In this document: one piece after another, positions 62,000 through 64,000 of the stretch
Layout of the letters: each line of letters starts with the position of its first letter
Numbering within the stretch: the first letter of the stretch is position 1
Source of the DNA: Phyllobates terribilis
Taxonomy: Eukaryota
Length of the DNA: 64,000 nt
NCBI RefSeq assembly: GCF_046119375.1
Contig: NW_027362767.1
Span: 444,292,001-444,356,000, forward strand
Direction of reading: 5' to 3'
Translations under genes and position numbers: made by a program
Notes under the pieces: model-generated
Told to the model about the DNA's origin: nothing
The model's database searches: none
What the model saw: the letters and a program-made list of their open reading frames with translations, nothing else

Positions 62000-62270
62000 C
62001 CCTCTAATTTGAATGAATACACTTTAAATCCATTTACAAGGATCTATTGGAGGGCAAGTCTCATGCCAGCAGCCGCGTAATTCCAGCTCCAGTAGCGTCC
62101 ACTAAAGCTGCTGCAGTTAAAAAGCTTTTATAAGGATCGAGCTCGGCTGTCCACCGCAAGGCATCCTAGTGCCAGTCCCAGCCCCTATGCCTTGGGGTGC
62201 CTCCTGATGCTCTTCACTAAGTATCCCGTGGTCCCGAAGCATTTCCTTTGAAAAAATTAAGTGTCCAAAC
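62000..62270 (+). pseudogene. Decayed 18S rRNA fragment
   Basis: cactttaaatcc..aggatctattggagggcaagtct..tgccagcagccgcgtaattccagctcc..tagcg...tgctgcagttaaaaagct...cccgaagc.ttt.ctttgaaaaaatta.gtgt.caaa follows the eukaryotic 18S sequence through the universal GTGCCAGCAGCCGCGGTAA region, with many substitutions. Confidence 0.9.
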
Positions 62271-62380
62271 TAGAAGTGGTGTAGCTTGCTTAACAGCCGG
62301 GATAATCCGCTGACTAGCAGACACTGCTACTAGGCACAAAGTATTTCCTGGGCTAGATGCAGTTAAAAATTTGTAAGTAG

Positions 62381-64000
62381 ATACTCTCGTTGGATGCTGA
62401 GAAAGCATTCCATAGAGTCTCCTGGCACGCCATATATGATTCTCTTAAAAAGCTTGGGGTAGGGGTCTAGGGGACCCTTTTATAGCCAAAATCACGGCCC
62501 TGTATCACAATACGTCACCTAGGCTGAAGATAAATGGAACTGTAGCACCAAGGGCTCGGTTGCTACAGACGTATTGCACCTCACCCAGAGGTGTGATATC
62601 TCACTCTCAGATAAGGATGGAGTGTGGATCAGGACCCGACACCTGCATGCATTACACCACATTGCCGTGGGGCAGGGCGACCAATATGCCCCTGAGATGG
62701 GCACGGCAGTCCCTGTCCCTGGCTGGAGTGGGGGGAGGGAACACTGAGGAAGGGGAACCCTGCAGTGCAGGAGCAGGGAGGAAGCAGTTCCTGGGTGCAT
62801 TGAGAAGGGAGTATAAAAGGTGGGCACCATCTTAGTTCAGTGCAGAGAAGTCTGAGCAGAAGTGGCAGGGAGCAGGGGCTCTGCATGAGCTCTGCTCCGG
62901 AGGCGGGCCTAGTAACAGAGGCCCAGGCCTGCAAGAGGGAGAAGGAAGGAAGAGGAGCGGAGAAGGCTCCAGGAACGAGGAATGAAGGGATCCCAGGGGT
63001 GCGGACGGGCGAGTCGCCACCGCACGCCCGAATCCACCTGCGTGGAGGGGTCAGGCCAAAGGGGGAGACCGGTCCCCGAACTAGTGGAGGCAGGAAACGA
63101 CCCTCAGCTAGAAACCGGAGGCTCTGACATTTTATGTGGCGCAGCCCCTTGCTCCACCCGCTAGGAAGGCACCACATAGGGTCAGGGAAACTGGCGCCAA
63201 GTTTACCAAGAGGAGGCCCGAGGCAGCCGGACAGAAGTGTTGGTAAGAAAGGCCAGACAAAGGACACACAAAGGGGGTCCTGTGAAGCGCTCCAAAGTTA
63301 TCTGGGAGTTGTCTGAGCCCCTCACCTGGTGAGCACAGTACGACGTGGGCAGCCGTTACCTGCAGACGTGGTCTGGATAATAAGAACTGTGAGTAAAGGC
63401 CCTGAACTGCATCACTGACTCCGTGTCGTTACTGCTGCTGCCCTGCACCATCACCCCCATCCTCCGCATACACTGCCCTGAGGCTATACTCCTCCCGTGG
63501 GGAGTTATGCTACGCTCTGCTGCACCCACAACACCAGCCTTAGCGGTCTGCCCTGTAGCGGCGGTTCACTCTGACCGCAATCCACGGGTGGCGTAGTCGG
63601 ACATTTAAACATCAAAACCACATAAATAGTTCCGCCACTGGTTTGACCGCCCTGAGCCACGGAACCGGATCGCCGCCACGAAGACTACAACCACCAGCAT
63701 CCACCAAAAAGGGTCCGGCTCCGGGTGTCCCAAGGCCCAGGGGGCGCGTCAGAACATTTTCATCACCTTTCACAATCACCAATGGGACAAGGCAGGGATG
63801 TCCTCTGTCCCCTCTCTTATACATCCTAGTGACGGAGCACCTGCTCTCATCAATTCGCCATAACCCCAATATTAGGTGGATTGAGGTGGGAGGCACCGAG
63901 TACAAGTGCTCTCTATTTGCTGATGATGTCCTAGTATATATCACTCAATCACATATATCCATCCCTGCTGTTATGGCTGAAATAGATCACTTTGTTACAT
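62381..64000 (+). mobile_element. L1/Tx1-clade LINE RT fragment split by a solo LTR
   Basis: ILSLDAEKAFHRVSW...LKINGT (62381-62540) continues at 63752 as FSSPFTITNGTRQGCPLSPLLY...SLFADDVLVY. Confidence 0.92.
62541..63751 (+). mobile_element. Solo Gypsy-type LTR (1211 bp)
   Basis: TGTAGC...GGCGCGTCA ends, TSD GAAC (62537-62540 and 63752-63755), and TATAAA near 62812. The 3' end is homologous to the LTR at 5720-6713. Confidence 0.95.

Noticed and set aside
62000-62270. Functional rRNA gene
   Set aside because: It is only about 270 bp, has substitutions in universally conserved positions, and no rDNA unit surrounds it.

Overview
This is eukaryotic, repeat-dominated DNA. The repeat families and the tRNA-Ser primer site point to a vertebrate, most likely an anuran amphibian (inference). 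About three-quarters of the window is transposon or tandem-repeat derived, and no host protein-coding gene can be firmly identified. The left part is a 45-bp minisatellite split by a hAT DNA transposon (652-14230, 8-bp TSD GTAGGCAG). That hAT carries a young, near-intact Ty3/Gypsy LTR retrotransposon (5720-13648) with 994-bp LTRs, TAAA TSD, tRNA-Ser PBS, PPT, a -1 frameshift site with a predicted pseudoknot, and one nonsense codon in pol. Two more decayed copies of the same hAT transposase family lie at 29430-38051 (minus) and 56176-61498 (plus). There are also several non-autonomous hATs and MITEs with clean 8-bp TSDs, two of them built from long palindromes. The rest comprises three Tc1/mariner relics, solo and partial LTRs, CR1 and L1 fragments, a probable Helitron, several minisatellites, and a decayed 18S rRNA fragment. 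The best leads are a covarying structured motif with a PBS-like sequence conserved inside two diverged LTR families, the gag-pol slippery site and pseudoknot, an 18S-L1 chimera candidate, a degenerate hammerhead motif in a 712-bp direct repeat, and repeated hAT-into-hAT targeting. All alignments were done by eye and no database searches were run.
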